A stretch of 64,000 nucleotides of DNA from an uncultured Brevinematales bacterium (GTDB lineage: Bacteria; Spirochaetota; Brevinematia; Brevinematales; CAYRWR01), in NCBI GenBank assembly GCA_964428015.1, contig CAYRWR010000014.1:8306-72305 (forward strand), read 5' to 3'. The first letter of the stretch is position 1. Each line of letters begins with the position of its first letter. Positions 19,941 to 29,523 of this stretch are shown in pieces. The notes under the pieces were generated by a model. The model was given only the letters and a program-made list of their open reading frames with translations. It did no database searches and was not told the DNA's origin. Position numbers and translations under genes: made by a program.

Positions 19941-20333
19941 CTAACCTGCGCCTACTATGAGGAATAGTTTTTCCCCATCCTGATTGGTCCAGATCATACG
20001 TCCTTCTTCTACTATTTCAATGGTGGCTTCTATTACCAGTTCCCCTTCAGAGTACAGATTAAGTGTGTTACCATCCAGGACCCAGTTAAAAGTCATCTGG
20101 TCTTCTTCACCGTTATCGGTGAGTTTAAAAAACCGTAAAACGCCTTCTTCATTGACTTCCACATATTCCCCTGAAGTCTCCGCGTCTTCGAAACTGGATT
20201 CTGATGTTCCCCAATACCCCAGAATATACTCTGCGGTAGGCATTTCATCATTTGTCTCAATATCATCATCCGCGTAAAGCGCGGCAGCGTTCATAGCCAG
20301 TATCATGAACAAGGGTACCAGGATTTTTTTCAT
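19941..20333 (-). CDS. Small secreted protein, paralog family member 1
   Basis: A signal peptide, then ILGYWGTSESSFEDAETSGEY. GAGGAG lies upstream of the ATG. Confidence 0.6.
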   Translation of the reverse strand: MKKILVPLFMILAMNAAALYADDDIETNDEMPTAEYILGYWGTSESSFEDAETSGEYVEVNEEGVLRFFKLTDNGEEDQMTFNWVLDGNTLNLYSEGELVIEATIEIVEEGRMIWTNQDGEKLFLIVGAG

Positions 20334-20365
20334 CTGCGACTCCTCACATTTGTTCCATGTAATCC

Positions 20366-20394
20366 AATTATAGTGGATGCTCAGATTTTGTGCA
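20366..20394 (-). promoter_or_regulatory. Candidate sigma70-type promoter (TTGCAC-17-TATAAT)
   Basis: Read on the minus strand, the -35 is at 20389-20394 and the -10 at 20366-20371. It sits between the clpC terminator and the 20333 start. Confidence 0.4.
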
Positions 20395-20423
20395 ACAAAA
20401 ATCCCCCGGAAAAATCCGGGGGA
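20394..20423 (-). terminator. Rho-independent terminator after clpC
   Basis: On the minus strand: ATCCCCCGG-ATTTTT-CCGGGGGAT followed by TTTTGTTG, about 20 nt after the clpC stop. Confidence 0.75.
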
Positions 20424-20444
20424 TTGATTTATTTGTTTATTCCA

Positions 20445-23009
20445 TCAATCATTAACCAGATCCTGTTTCAGCACTTCACTAGTAACTGCCGCCTTGCTCC
20501 CTGCTATTTCCGGGGAAGCCTGTGTGACTGCTACATTCTTTTTTTCAGCTCTTTTTTTAGTGATTTTTATGCTGAAATGCAAAGCTTCATTTTTTACGGT
20601 AACTGAAATCTCCATTTCTTCTTTATCAGAATTAAAATCTTTTTCCTGTCCCAGGATCATCTCACTGGCGGGGATCTCTATCATCCTGCTGATCGACCTG
20701 CGCAGAGACCGGGCCCCGTATTTTTCTTCGAAACCTTTGTCTACTACCAGCTGTTTGGCCTTAGGATTCACTTTGAAGTACATCCCTTGCACCAGTAAGT
20801 TTGCATTTATATCTTCGATCATGCGGTCGAAGATATCCAGCAATATTTCTCCGTGCAGTGAATTGAACAATACAATCTCATCGATACGATTAAGAAATTC
20901 AGGACGCATAGTAGCTTTTAATTCATCCAGTACCGCGCCTTTTTGCATAGAGAGACCTTTCTGTTCATCGGCAAAACCCAGGCTGCCTCTGTTTGTCAGC
21001 CGGTCAGTTCCGATATTGGAAGTAAAGATGATAATAGTATTACGGAAATTTACTTTATTGCCCAGACTATCCGTCAGCTGTCCTTCATCCAGAATCTGTA
21101 AAAACATATTGAACACATCCGGATTGGCCTTTTCTATTTCATCAAAGAGGATGACGGCATAAGGTTTGCGCCGGATTTTTTCCGTCAGCTCTCCGCCTGA
21201 TTCATGTCCCACATATCCCGGAGGAGAACCGATCAGACGGCTGACATTAAATTTCTCCATGTATTCACTCATATCCACCCGAATCAGGGAATCCTCTGTA
21301 CCAAAGATAAATTGAGCCAGGCTTTTGGCCAGCTCAGTCTTACCTACCCCGGTGGGCCCTAAAAAGATGAAATTAGCTATGGGCCGCTTGATATCCCGTA
21401 AACCCACCGCGCTCTTTCTGATAGCATCGGCGACCATCTTAATGGCTTCCTGCTGCCCTTTTACTTTTAGAGTCAGTTCCTTTTCTATATCCAGGTATCT
21501 CTTTTTCTTATTACCGTCATCAATACGGTTTATAGGGATACCGGAGATAGAAGATACCACTTTTTCTATATCAGACTGATCAATAACCACGGTCTTACGC
21601 CGGGAAGAAGCGATCCATTCCATTTTCATGACCTGGTAGTCTTCTTTCTTAATACGTATTTTATCCCGGATATTGGCAGCCTGTTCATAATTCTGACCTT
21701 TTACCAGGTCGGCTTTGGCCTGCTCCAATTCTGCCAGTTCTTTTTCCAGCTGAATAAGCGGTTCCGGTTTGTTTTCCAGATAACTGGAAGTATTGGCACC
21801 GGCTTCATCTATGACGTCAATAGCTTTATCAGGCAGTTTACGTTCAGAAATATAGCGGTGAGCCAGGCTGACCGCGGCACGGATAGCCTGATCAGTGTAT
21901 TGGACATTATGAAATTTTTCATATTTGTGGGCTATACGTTCCAAGATCTCCTGGGTCTCTTCCAGGGTGGGTTCTTCCACCACAATCGGCTGGAAGCGTC
22001 GCACCAGAGCCTTGTCCTTTTCAATCCGCTTTTTGTATTCATCAAAAGTAGTGGCACCGATGGTACGGATGATACCGCGAGCCAGGGCCGGTTTCAGCAT
22101 ATTGGAAGCATCCAGGGCTCCTTCCGCATTACCCGCTCCCAGGATGGTATGTATCTCATCGATAAACAGGATGACATCATCAGCCATTTCGGTCTCTTTG
22201 ATGATGTTTTTCATCCTTTCTTCAAATTCACCTCGGTACTTGGTGCCTGCCACCATAAGACCCATATCCAGCAGCAGGATACGCATATCCATGAGTTTTT
22301 CCGGCACCATATTGCTCACAATCAGCTGTGAGATGCCTTCGACAATGGCGGTCTTACCTACCCCCGGTTCACCTATGAGGATAGGATTGTTTTTCTGGCG
22401 GCGGGAAAGTATCTGCATCACTCTCTGTATTTCTTTTTCCCGTCCTATCACAGGGTCCAGTTTGCCCTCGCGTGCCAGGTGTGTAATATCACGTGAAAAC
22501 TTATCCAGGAAGGGGGTCTTCACATCTTTTTTCTTTTCAAAGTTCTTGATCTCGCCATATCCTACTGTTTTTATCACAGTCTGGCGAACCTGTTCCAGTT
22601 CAATGCCACGGTTTTCAATGATAAAGGGGACTACTGCCTGGGGATTGTCTTCCGACAGGATACCCAGAAGCAGATGTTCCGTGCCCACATAACTATGGCC
22701 GATCAGTTTGGCTTCCTGACGGCTCTGCTCCATAATGGTTTTAACCCGTTTGGAGATGGGAATACCACCCAAAGTGAGGGTATTTCCACTGCGGCTCTTG
22801 AGTGTAAATTCGACTTCACGTCTGATATCATCCAGGTCTATGCCCAGGCTGAGCATAGCTCGGACACCAGCGCCATCCGTCTCACGGAGCAGCCCCAGAA
22901 AAATATGCTCAGGAGTCAGTTCATCTGAAAACAGACGTCTGGCCTCCTGTTGAGAAAGTATTTGTACAACCTTTTGTGCCCTGGGAGTGAACCCAGTAAA
23001 ATCATGCAT
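20445..23009 (-). CDS. clpC: ATP-dependent Clp protease ATP-binding subunit ClpC (class III stress AAA+ unfoldase)
   Basis: Two Clp_N repeats, Walker A motifs GEPGVGKTAIVEG and GPTGVGKTELAKS, and a UVR-like linker (LEQAKADLVKGQNYEQAANIRDK). 854 aa. Confidence 0.9.
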   Translation of the reverse strand: MHDFTGFTPRAQKVVQILSQQEARRLFSDELTPEHIFLGLLRETDGAGVRAMLSLGIDLDDIRREVEFTLKSRSGNTLTLGGIPISKRVKTIMEQSRQEAKLIGHSYVGTEHLLLGILSEDNPQAVVPFIIENRGIELEQVRQTVIKTVGYGEIKNFEKKKDVKTPFLDKFSRDITHLAREGKLDPVIGREKEIQRVMQILSRRQKNNPILIGEPGVGKTAIVEGISQLIVSNMVPEKLMDMRILLLDMGLMVAGTKYRGEFEERMKNIIKETEMADDVILFIDEIHTILGAGNAEGALDASNMLKPALARGIIRTIGATTFDEYKKRIEKDKALVRRFQPIVVEEPTLEETQEILERIAHKYEKFHNVQYTDQAIRAAVSLAHRYISERKLPDKAIDVIDEAGANTSSYLENKPEPLIQLEKELAELEQAKADLVKGQNYEQAANIRDKIRIKKEDYQVMKMEWIASSRRKTVVIDQSDIEKVVSSISGIPINRIDDGNKKKRYLDIEKELTLKVKGQQEAIKMVADAIRKSAVGLRDIKRPIANFIFLGPTGVGKTELAKSLAQFIFGTEDSLIRVDMSEYMEKFNVSRLIGSPPGYVGHESGGELTEKIRRKPYAVILFDEIEKANPDVFNMFLQILDEGQLTDSLGNKVNFRNTIIIFTSNIGTDRLTNRGSLGFADEQKGLSMQKGAVLDELKATMRPEFLNRIDEIVLFNSLHGEILLDIFDRMIEDINANLLVQGMYFKVNPKAKQLVVDKGFEEKYGARSLRRSISRMIEIPASEMILGQEKDFNSDKEEMEISVTVKNEALHFSIKITKKRAEKKNVAVTQASPEIAGSKAAVTSEVLKQDLVND

Positions 23010-23017
23010 AAAGCCCC

Positions 23018-24046
23018 CTAGTTCATGACCTTGTAGCGGATCTGAACTGTAATTCTACGCAACATTTCCAGCCGGTAACGGTTTACATCCTTTTCCTCCA
23101 CACCATGCCGATACAGAATTTCCGTATCAGTGGCCTGAAAAAGAAGTTTTTTAAGGTCGGCCGGTTCATTTAAACTTAAGTAATTCTTATATAAAGCGTC
23201 AATCAGACTCACATAATATAACATTAAATCCCAGGGCATTTCCTGTAAAGTATTTATATCCATCATTTCTTCAAAGGCCAGTTCCAGCTCATCCTTGTCC
23301 TTAAAAAACATCTCCCTGGACTGCATCTCTTTTTCGTACAAGCCTTCCAGGAAGTTCTCAAATTCCTTGAGCATGTCATCTTCTTTCAGTCCCAGAGAGT
23401 AGATGTTGGCCAGCATAAACAAGCCGGTATCTTTATTCTCCCCGCCAAAATGATGCAGACTATATCCCATCTGTTCCGCGGTACGAATGACTTCATCAAT
23501 CTCCTTGGTTGCCAGAAGACCGTAAAGATTTATAAGAACTGAAAATCTGAGTCCTGAACCAACATTCAAAATGGAAGCAGTCAGATAACCCAGCTGTTCG
23601 TCATAAGCAAAATCAGCCTTTTTTTCTATCCCGTCTAATAGTACTAATAGTTTCTGATACATCTTACGCAAATTATAGCCCAGCTCCAGGCTGAACAGGC
23701 GGATATGATCCAGTTCATTAAACAGCATCACCCATTCCGCTTCGGGATCATAGGCAAATTTACGTCCATTCTTGATGAACTCTTCACTGAGAATATGATT
23801 TCCCAGGTACAGCATTCGCTTTTCCGGCGAAAGGTCTTCAAAATTCATGGCTACTGCCCGGGGATCTGTTTCCAGCAGGATCTCCATCAGGCGTTCATCA
23901 ATATCATACTTATCTTTATCGGTAAGATTTGGAGAAAATTTTAAGCCTTCCAGATTTCTTGTGAACCGGACACGTGAGGATAATACCAGATTGTCCATTT
24001 TGTTTTTTCTACGGTTACTTATCTTGGGTAGGTCAATCCAGTGCAT
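23018..24046 (-). CDS. mcsB: Protein-arginine kinase McsB-like (ATP:guanido phosphotransferase domain)
   Basis: VLSSRVRFTRNL, NELDHIRL and NVGSGLRFSV parallel the McsB motifs (SSRIRLARN, NEEDH, NVGTGLRASV). It lies between mcsA and clpC. An alternative start is at 23998. Confidence 0.75.
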   Translation of the reverse strand: MHWIDLPKISNRRKNKMDNLVLSSRVRFTRNLEGLKFSPNLTDKDKYDIDERLMEILLETDPRAVAMNFEDLSPEKRMLYLGNHILSEEFIKNGRKFAYDPEAEWVMLFNELDHIRLFSLELGYNLRKMYQKLLVLLDGIEKKADFAYDEQLGYLTASILNVGSGLRFSVLINLYGLLATKEIDEVIRTAEQMGYSLHHFGGENKDTGLFMLANIYSLGLKEDDMLKEFENFLEGLYEKEMQSREMFFKDKDELELAFEEMMDINTLQEMPWDLMLYYVSLIDALYKNYLSLNEPADLKKLLFQATDTEILYRHGVEEKDVNRYRLEMLRRITVQIRYKVMN

Positions 24047-24665
24047 GTCCGCTCCCTGAGGGATGATTACCGATCAGTTTGTGGAGCTTGTTTTTTACTT
24101 TTTCTGCTTCTTCATATTGTTCCTGATGGAGAAGACGGCGCAGTTTGCCTTTGAGGAAGTTGATCTCTTTTTTGAGTACAAAAAGACGAGCGTACCTGGC
24201 CGGCATCTTACCCACATGAGTAGTACCTCTTTGCATCTCAAAAAGGAACTCCTGAATCTGTTCTCTAAAGCTATAATAACAATAAGGACAACCCAGATAT
24301 CCAGATTCCTTAAAAGTATCAAAATCAAGGCTACAGTTGGGGCAGGTATGACTGTTTTCTTTTTTACTCTGATTCATGAACAAGGATATAGCGCTGATAT
24401 TAGATACGATACCTGCCAGAAGATCTTTCATTTCCTGGATTACATTAATCAGCTTTTCATCTACCAGTGATAATTCTGAGACTTCATCTTTCTTTTCCAG
24501 AAACTGGATAGCACAAGAAGGACAAAGGCCTTTTTCTTCAGTCTGTCCTTCATCTGAAATGATTTTTACATAAATAATGGCTTCATTTTCATGACAGATA
24601 TCACAGATATGTTCTTCAAAATCATCCTGTTCTTCAGGCTGTTCATGGTCATTAAAATTCAACAT
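24033..24665 (-). CDS. mcsA: McsA-like activator of protein-arginine kinase (CxxC zinc fingers plus UVR motif)
   Basis: Four CxxC pairs (CDIC, CPSC, CPNC, CPYC), then HVGKMP and a UVR-like LKGKLRRLLHQEQYEEAEKVKNKL. I chose the start at MLNFNDHE (ATG at 24663-24665). Confidence 0.75.
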   Translation of the reverse strand: MLNFNDHEQPEEQDDFEEHICDICHENEAIIYVKIISDEGQTEEKGLCPSCAIQFLEKKDEVSELSLVDEKLINVIQEMKDLLAGIVSNISAISLFMNQSKKENSHTCPNCSLDFDTFKESGYLGCPYCYYSFREQIQEFLFEMQRGTTHVGKMPARYARLFVLKKEINFLKGKLRRLLHQEQYEEAEKVKNKLHKLIGNHPSGSGHALD

Positions 24666-24850
24666 ATTCTTCCCCTGGATCAGTACTAGACTTATCGTAC
24701 ATGCTGACCCTAAAACTGAAAACCCTCTTTTAAAATTATCAACTCCTGGAGGGAAAGGCAAAAATATCTTACGGCATTTTTGCTGATTCAGTGTTTCTCT
24801 ATTATATTATATAACATCTTTGATGGATTTTAAAGTAAAAAGAGGTTTTA

Positions 24851-27484
24851 ATGCTGGATATATCTGCCTTTCAGGACAGTCTGGATAAACTGGGCACAGA
24901 CATGGATAAAAAAGATCTGATACGTAACCTTAAAGAAATGGAAAAATCTGCTCTGGAACAAATCCGGACCGATAATTTAGCTCCCTGGACTAAAAGAAAA
25001 GGGCGTGATATCAGTCACCTCTTATCTGCGGTTAAAGATGCAGTGATATTAAAAGTCATTGAATTTGTGGGAGGAGTCCCTCAGGGAATTTCCGTATTGG
25101 CAGTGGGAGGATATGGCAGAGACGAGATGTCCCCCTATTCCGATATTGATATTCTGGTGATACATGAACCCCGGGTGGACCCTAAAAAATTTGCCAATGC
25201 TTTATTTTATATCCTTTGGGACCTGGATTACAAACTGGGAAATAGTGTCCGGACTGTTAAAAATATTATCGAACACAGCAAAGAGGACATTACACTTTTG
25301 ACCGCTCTTTTCGAGACCCGGCTACTGGCCGGTACGGAAAAGCTCAGAAATGAAATGTATAAAGACCTCTATAAGGCTCTCAACTCACGTAAAGAGTCCT
25401 ATATCAGAGAAAAGCTGGTAGAATTTCATGAAATTTCAAAAAAGACCGCTTATGCCGTTTTGCTCAAAGAGCCCAATCTTAAAGAAAATCCAGGCGGTTT
25501 GCGCAGTGTACATCTTTCCCGCTGGGCATATTTCGCCTTTTTCGGTGAAGGAGGTATGGAACCTCTAAAAAAACTGCTTCCCTCTATTCTTTATAAAAAA
25601 TTGGCTACAGCCTATGACTATATCCTATATATACGAAATATGCTGCATTTTATCCACCGGCGCAAAGAAGACACTCTTTTTATAGATTATCACCAGGAAG
25701 TGGCTTCACACCTGGGACTCAAAGGCGATGATTACCAGAAAGTCATGCGAATGATGCACAAAATCTACAACAAAGCAATGGATATTTTTCTGATATCATC
25801 CCACGCTCTGGATCTGATTTACTTCAACCAAAAAAAAGGGTTCAAAAAAAAACTCACTGAACATACTTATCTTCAGGACAATGAACTTTTTGTCCAGCAG
25901 GATAAACCGCTATCCATCATGGAAGCCCTGGACCTGATACAGTTGTGCACCGAAAATCAATATTTGTATTCATATACCCTGATTGATTACCTGAGAAGAT
26001 GTGCTAATATTATAAAGCCTGAGGATAGAAAATCCCGTGAAATATTCAACCGTTTTTTGGATATCATCTCCCTGCCCAACGGTTATGAAGCCCTGAATCT
26101 CATGAAACTTTCTAACTTTCTGTATAAATACATCAAATATTTCGGCAGGATCCGGCATTTTATAATCTATAACCCTTTTCATAAATTTACGGTGGATGAA
26201 CACAGCCTGGAAGCAATCTGGGCTCTGGAACGCCTCACTACACACGACTATAACAGTTTTGACAGAGAAAAAGTCAGAGATCTCATCCCCCTGGCCGAAA
26301 AACACAAGGAAGCTCTATGGATAGTCAAACTGGCACTTCTCTTTCATGACATAGGTAAAGCCTGGCCCGGTGAACATACCAGAAATGGAGTAGAGATTGC
26401 TGACCTGATATTTGAAGATTTTCCGGTGAGTTTCCGTTACCGTTCACTGATCAAATTTCTGATCAAGAATCACCTGCTGCTCACCCATATTACCCGCCGC
26501 AGCGATATCCAGAGCCAGGAAGTGATCCTGGACCTGGTTGAAAAATTTACCGTGACACCCTATCCTCAGGAATACCTGGATTATCTGTACCTGCTGACCT
26601 ATTCCGATGTACTGGCAACTAATCCCACTAATTATACCGGCTATGTAGCCGCGCTATTGCGTCAGCTCTATAACAGGACCCGTGAAGTGCTTTCCAATCG
26701 GGAAGCATTGATCAGTGACAAAGATTATATGGAAAAGATCATCAGTGAAGCAAAAAATCTGTCACAGACCGACGGTATCGAAGATTTTATCCAATCTCTG
26801 GGAATACGTTATGCCTCAGTAAACACAGCAGAAGAAATTATAAAAGACTATCTGCAGATCCAGAAATGCAGGCAGGGTAATGTCAGTATATCAGTTTCCA
26901 ATTTTAATGAAGTACTGCAGGTGAAAATCTTCAGCCCTGACCGGCTGGGACTATTTGCACAGCTGGCTGGAATCCTTCTGATAAACGGTGCCAATATTAT
27001 CAGGGCTAATATTTATACTTATCAGGACAGCGCCTTTGACGTGTTTTTTATCAATGACATCTTCGGTGCCAACCTTACCCGTGAAAATATGCAGGCCGAA
27101 CTGGATTCCTGGGTCAACCGGGTCCAGGAATCGGTTCTGAAATTTCTGGAAGATGACCCATTGTTAAAAGAAAGGGTAAAGAGCCTGAGAGACCGGGTCA
27201 AACCTCTGCCGGATATTTTCCTGACAGAAGGGGCAGTGAATATCACTCACCGGGAAGGCCATGAATACCTGTTGGGTGTGAGCGGTTCTGACCGTCCTGG
27301 TCTGTTGTTTGATGTATGCCGCTACCTGAGCACCCATGCCATGACCATACGTTCCGCTATCATCGATACCATCGGATGGCATATCAAAGACGTTTTTGTG
27401 GTAGATACCGGCAGATCTTTAAGTGAACAGGACTGGGAAGAGCACCGAAATGAACTATTGAAACTACTGAACCAGAAAATTTAA
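24851..27484 (+). CDS. glnD: [Protein-PII] uridylyltransferase/uridylyl-removing enzyme GlnD-like
   Basis: NTase motif AVGGYGRDEMSPYSDIDILV, HD domain LLFHDIGK, and two C-terminal ACT-like segments. 877 aa. Confidence 0.8.
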   Translation: MLDISAFQDSLDKLGTDMDKKDLIRNLKEMEKSALEQIRTDNLAPWTKRKGRDISHLLSAVKDAVILKVIEFVGGVPQGISVLAVGGYGRDEMSPYSDIDILVIHEPRVDPKKFANALFYILWDLDYKLGNSVRTVKNIIEHSKEDITLLTALFETRLLAGTEKLRNEMYKDLYKALNSRKESYIREKLVEFHEISKKTAYAVLLKEPNLKENPGGLRSVHLSRWAYFAFFGEGGMEPLKKLLPSILYKKLATAYDYILYIRNMLHFIHRRKEDTLFIDYHQEVASHLGLKGDDYQKVMRMMHKIYNKAMDIFLISSHALDLIYFNQKKGFKKKLTEHTYLQDNELFVQQDKPLSIMEALDLIQLCTENQYLYSYTLIDYLRRCANIIKPEDRKSREIFNRFLDIISLPNGYEALNLMKLSNFLYKYIKYFGRIRHFIIYNPFHKFTVDEHSLEAIWALERLTTHDYNSFDREKVRDLIPLAEKHKEALWIVKLALLFHDIGKAWPGEHTRNGVEIADLIFEDFPVSFRYRSLIKFLIKNHLLLTHITRRSDIQSQEVILDLVEKFTVTPYPQEYLDYLYLLTYSDVLATNPTNYTGYVAALLRQLYNRTREVLSNREALISDKDYMEKIISEAKNLSQTDGIEDFIQSLGIRYASVNTAEEIIKDYLQIQKCRQGNVSISVSNFNEVLQVKIFSPDRLGLFAQLAGILLINGANIIRANIYTYQDSAFDVFFINDIFGANLTRENMQAELDSWVNRVQESVLKFLEDDPLLKERVKSLRDRVKPLPDIFLTEGAVNITHREGHEYLLGVSGSDRPGLLFDVCRYLSTHAMTIRSAIIDTIGWHIKDVFVVDTGRSLSEQDWEEHRNELLKLLNQKI

Positions 27485-27756
27485 CGCTCACCGGTCTTCT
27501 TGATAATATGATAGCCGAATTGGGTGCGTATGACCTGAGATACCAGGCCAGAGGATTTTCTTTTTACAGCTTCTTCGAATTCCCTGACCATTTTTCCGGG
27601 ACCAAACCAGCCCAAATCTCCGCCCTTACTTTTAGAAGGACAGGTTGAAAATTCACGGGCCAGTTCTGAAAAACTCGCACCTTTTTTAATGCGTTTGAGA
27701 AGGTCTTCCGCCAGGGCTTTATCTTTAACCAGTATATGGCTGGCTTTCCATTCCAT
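27481..27756 (-). CDS. ppiC: Parvulin-type peptidyl-prolyl cis-trans isomerase
   Basis: 91 aa. ASHILVK...CPSKSKGGDLGWFGPGKMVREFE...QFGYHIIK is the PpiC rotamase signature. Confidence 0.85.
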   Translation of the reverse strand: MEWKASHILVKDKALAEDLLKRIKKGASFSELAREFSTCPSKSKGGDLGWFGPGKMVREFEEAVKRKSSGLVSQVIRTQFGYHIIKKTGER

Positions 27757-27765
27757 CTCTGTCTC

Positions 27766-29511
27766 CTAGGTACTTAATAAATGTAAAATAAATGTTGCTC
27801 CCTTACCCGGTTCACTGACCAGATCAAGCTTGCCATGGTAGTAAGTCATGAAACTCCTTACCATATATAAACCTAAACCGGCTCCACTCTCGTTTAATGC
27901 CCGAGTGGAGTCAGACCGGTAAAATTGTTCAAAAATCAGTTCCTGTTCATCCAATGGAATACCGGGTCCATCATCTTTAATCCTGAGTTCCAGGTATTCC
28001 CCTTTCATACTTCCGGTTACTTCCACCTTTCCTTCAGGATGATTATAGAGGATAGCATTGCCTATCAACTCATCTAATATAGCCCGTATAATAGTCTCAT
28101 TACCGGGATAATGACTGAATTCTTCACACAGCTTGGTTTTTATTTTAATCTTTTTACGTTCCAATTCACTGTGATATTTATGCAGTAGGCTCTCAATGAC
28201 ATGATTAAAATCTATGGGTGTGGCGGTAAGATCATCTACTTCCTTTTCCATCTCCACCAGGTTTAGGACTCTTTGCACGGTTTCCGTTAGTTTACGGGTT
28301 ATTCCCCTGGAATCTTTGATATTTTTGGCACAGGACTCGCACTGGCATTGTTCTATTCGGGTTAATTTATTATCCAATTCCTGACAGGGAGCCATAATAT
28401 GCTGAGATAGACGGCTGATAAATTCATTTTTCAAATTGATTAAACGCAGTAACTCCCAATTTTGCTTTCTGACTTTTTTATATAGATTGGCATTATTAAG
28501 TGAAATGACCGCCTGCAGGGCAAATATCTCCGCAGTAAACTGGTCACGGCTGTAAAATGTCTTATCCGGCCCGTTTTTAGCCGCATACAGCACTCCCATA
28601 ACCGTATCCTGCTGCATCAGAGGTACAGCAATAATATTCACTTCTTTCCTGGACTTGCCTCCGGATACAGTGTGGTTGAGGAGCATCTGGGAAAGGCAGG
28701 TATCTTTGCATTTGTGTACCAATTCCATTTCAGCCTGAAAAGCCGGTTTTTCCAAATCTTCCGGTTTTACTTTCCAGGTGGAAATAGGTACAAGTCTGGA
28801 ATCACGCAGCCAGAAGATTCCGGAGCGGTCTGCTTCCAGACTTTGAGCCAGGGAGGTAACAATCCTGTGCATCAATTCTTCTTCATCCAGAATAGCTGAA
28901 ATTCCCCTATTGATTTCCAGTACCCGCAATAGATCCTGGTCCCGGTGCTTCAGCTCCACACTGGAGAGATTAGATACTTTTTCCCGGGCCAGGAGTTCCT
29001 GGTCAGCGCCCTGTCGTTCCGATCTGGCTAGACCGTGTATCCTTTCATGAGCCTCAATAGTTTTATAAGCATCTTCTATTTCCCGGGCAGAGAGACTTTC
29101 CACGATTTCATGCGCCTGAATGATGCGTTCGGCGTCTATCCTTTCCCGCGACATCATCCCCTGCACCACTTCCTGGGCCTCAATAATGCGCCGGGCTTCA
29201 TCAATCTCCTGAGCAGAGAGCTGCTCTACCAATTCGTGGGCATGAATGATCTTCTCGGCATGAATCCTTTCCTGGGTCATCAGATTTTGAAGAATTTCCT
29301 GGGCCTGAATGACACTGTCAGCGTCTTTTAATTCCCTTTCAGACAGTGTCTTGAGGTTTTCATAGGCTTCTGTTAGTCTTTCCAGATGAACTATGTAATC
29401 ATCCCGGGAGCGTATACTGTCCTGTAGATTATGGGTATATTCCAGCAGTTCTTCCCGGCTGAGTTTGTCCAGTGCTTTCTCAGGTTGAGGAGTCAGACTT
29501 TTTTTTGCCAT
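27766..29511 (-). CDS. Soluble coiled-coil/GAF sensor histidine-kinase-like protein (paralog 1)
   Basis: No TM segment. Six 21-aa repeats, a GAF-like middle, and an HATPase_c domain with N box (NAILYN), G1 (DDGPGI), F (FEQFYR) and G2 (GAGLGL). The H-box is atypical (SQHIMAP). Confidence 0.75.
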   Translation of the reverse strand: MAKKSLTPQPEKALDKLSREELLEYTHNLQDSIRSRDDYIVHLERLTEAYENLKTLSERELKDADSVIQAQEILQNLMTQERIHAEKIIHAHELVEQLSAQEIDEARRIIEAQEVVQGMMSRERIDAERIIQAHEIVESLSAREIEDAYKTIEAHERIHGLARSERQGADQELLAREKVSNLSSVELKHRDQDLLRVLEINRGISAILDEEELMHRIVTSLAQSLEADRSGIFWLRDSRLVPISTWKVKPEDLEKPAFQAEMELVHKCKDTCLSQMLLNHTVSGGKSRKEVNIIAVPLMQQDTVMGVLYAAKNGPDKTFYSRDQFTAEIFALQAVISLNNANLYKKVRKQNWELLRLINLKNEFISRLSQHIMAPCQELDNKLTRIEQCQCESCAKNIKDSRGITRKLTETVQRVLNLVEMEKEVDDLTATPIDFNHVIESLLHKYHSELERKKIKIKTKLCEEFSHYPGNETIIRAILDELIGNAILYNHPEGKVEVTGSMKGEYLELRIKDDGPGIPLDEQELIFEQFYRSDSTRALNESGAGLGLYMVRSFMTYYHGKLDLVSEPGKGATFILHLLST

Positions 29512-29523
29512 TGTCTTGCCCTT

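Noticed and set aside
24666-24850. A search for a CtsR operator (tandem GGTCAAA heptads) upstream of mcsA.
   Set aside because: Only a single GGTCAGC-like half-match was seen on the minus strand, with no tandem repeat. No operator is claimed.
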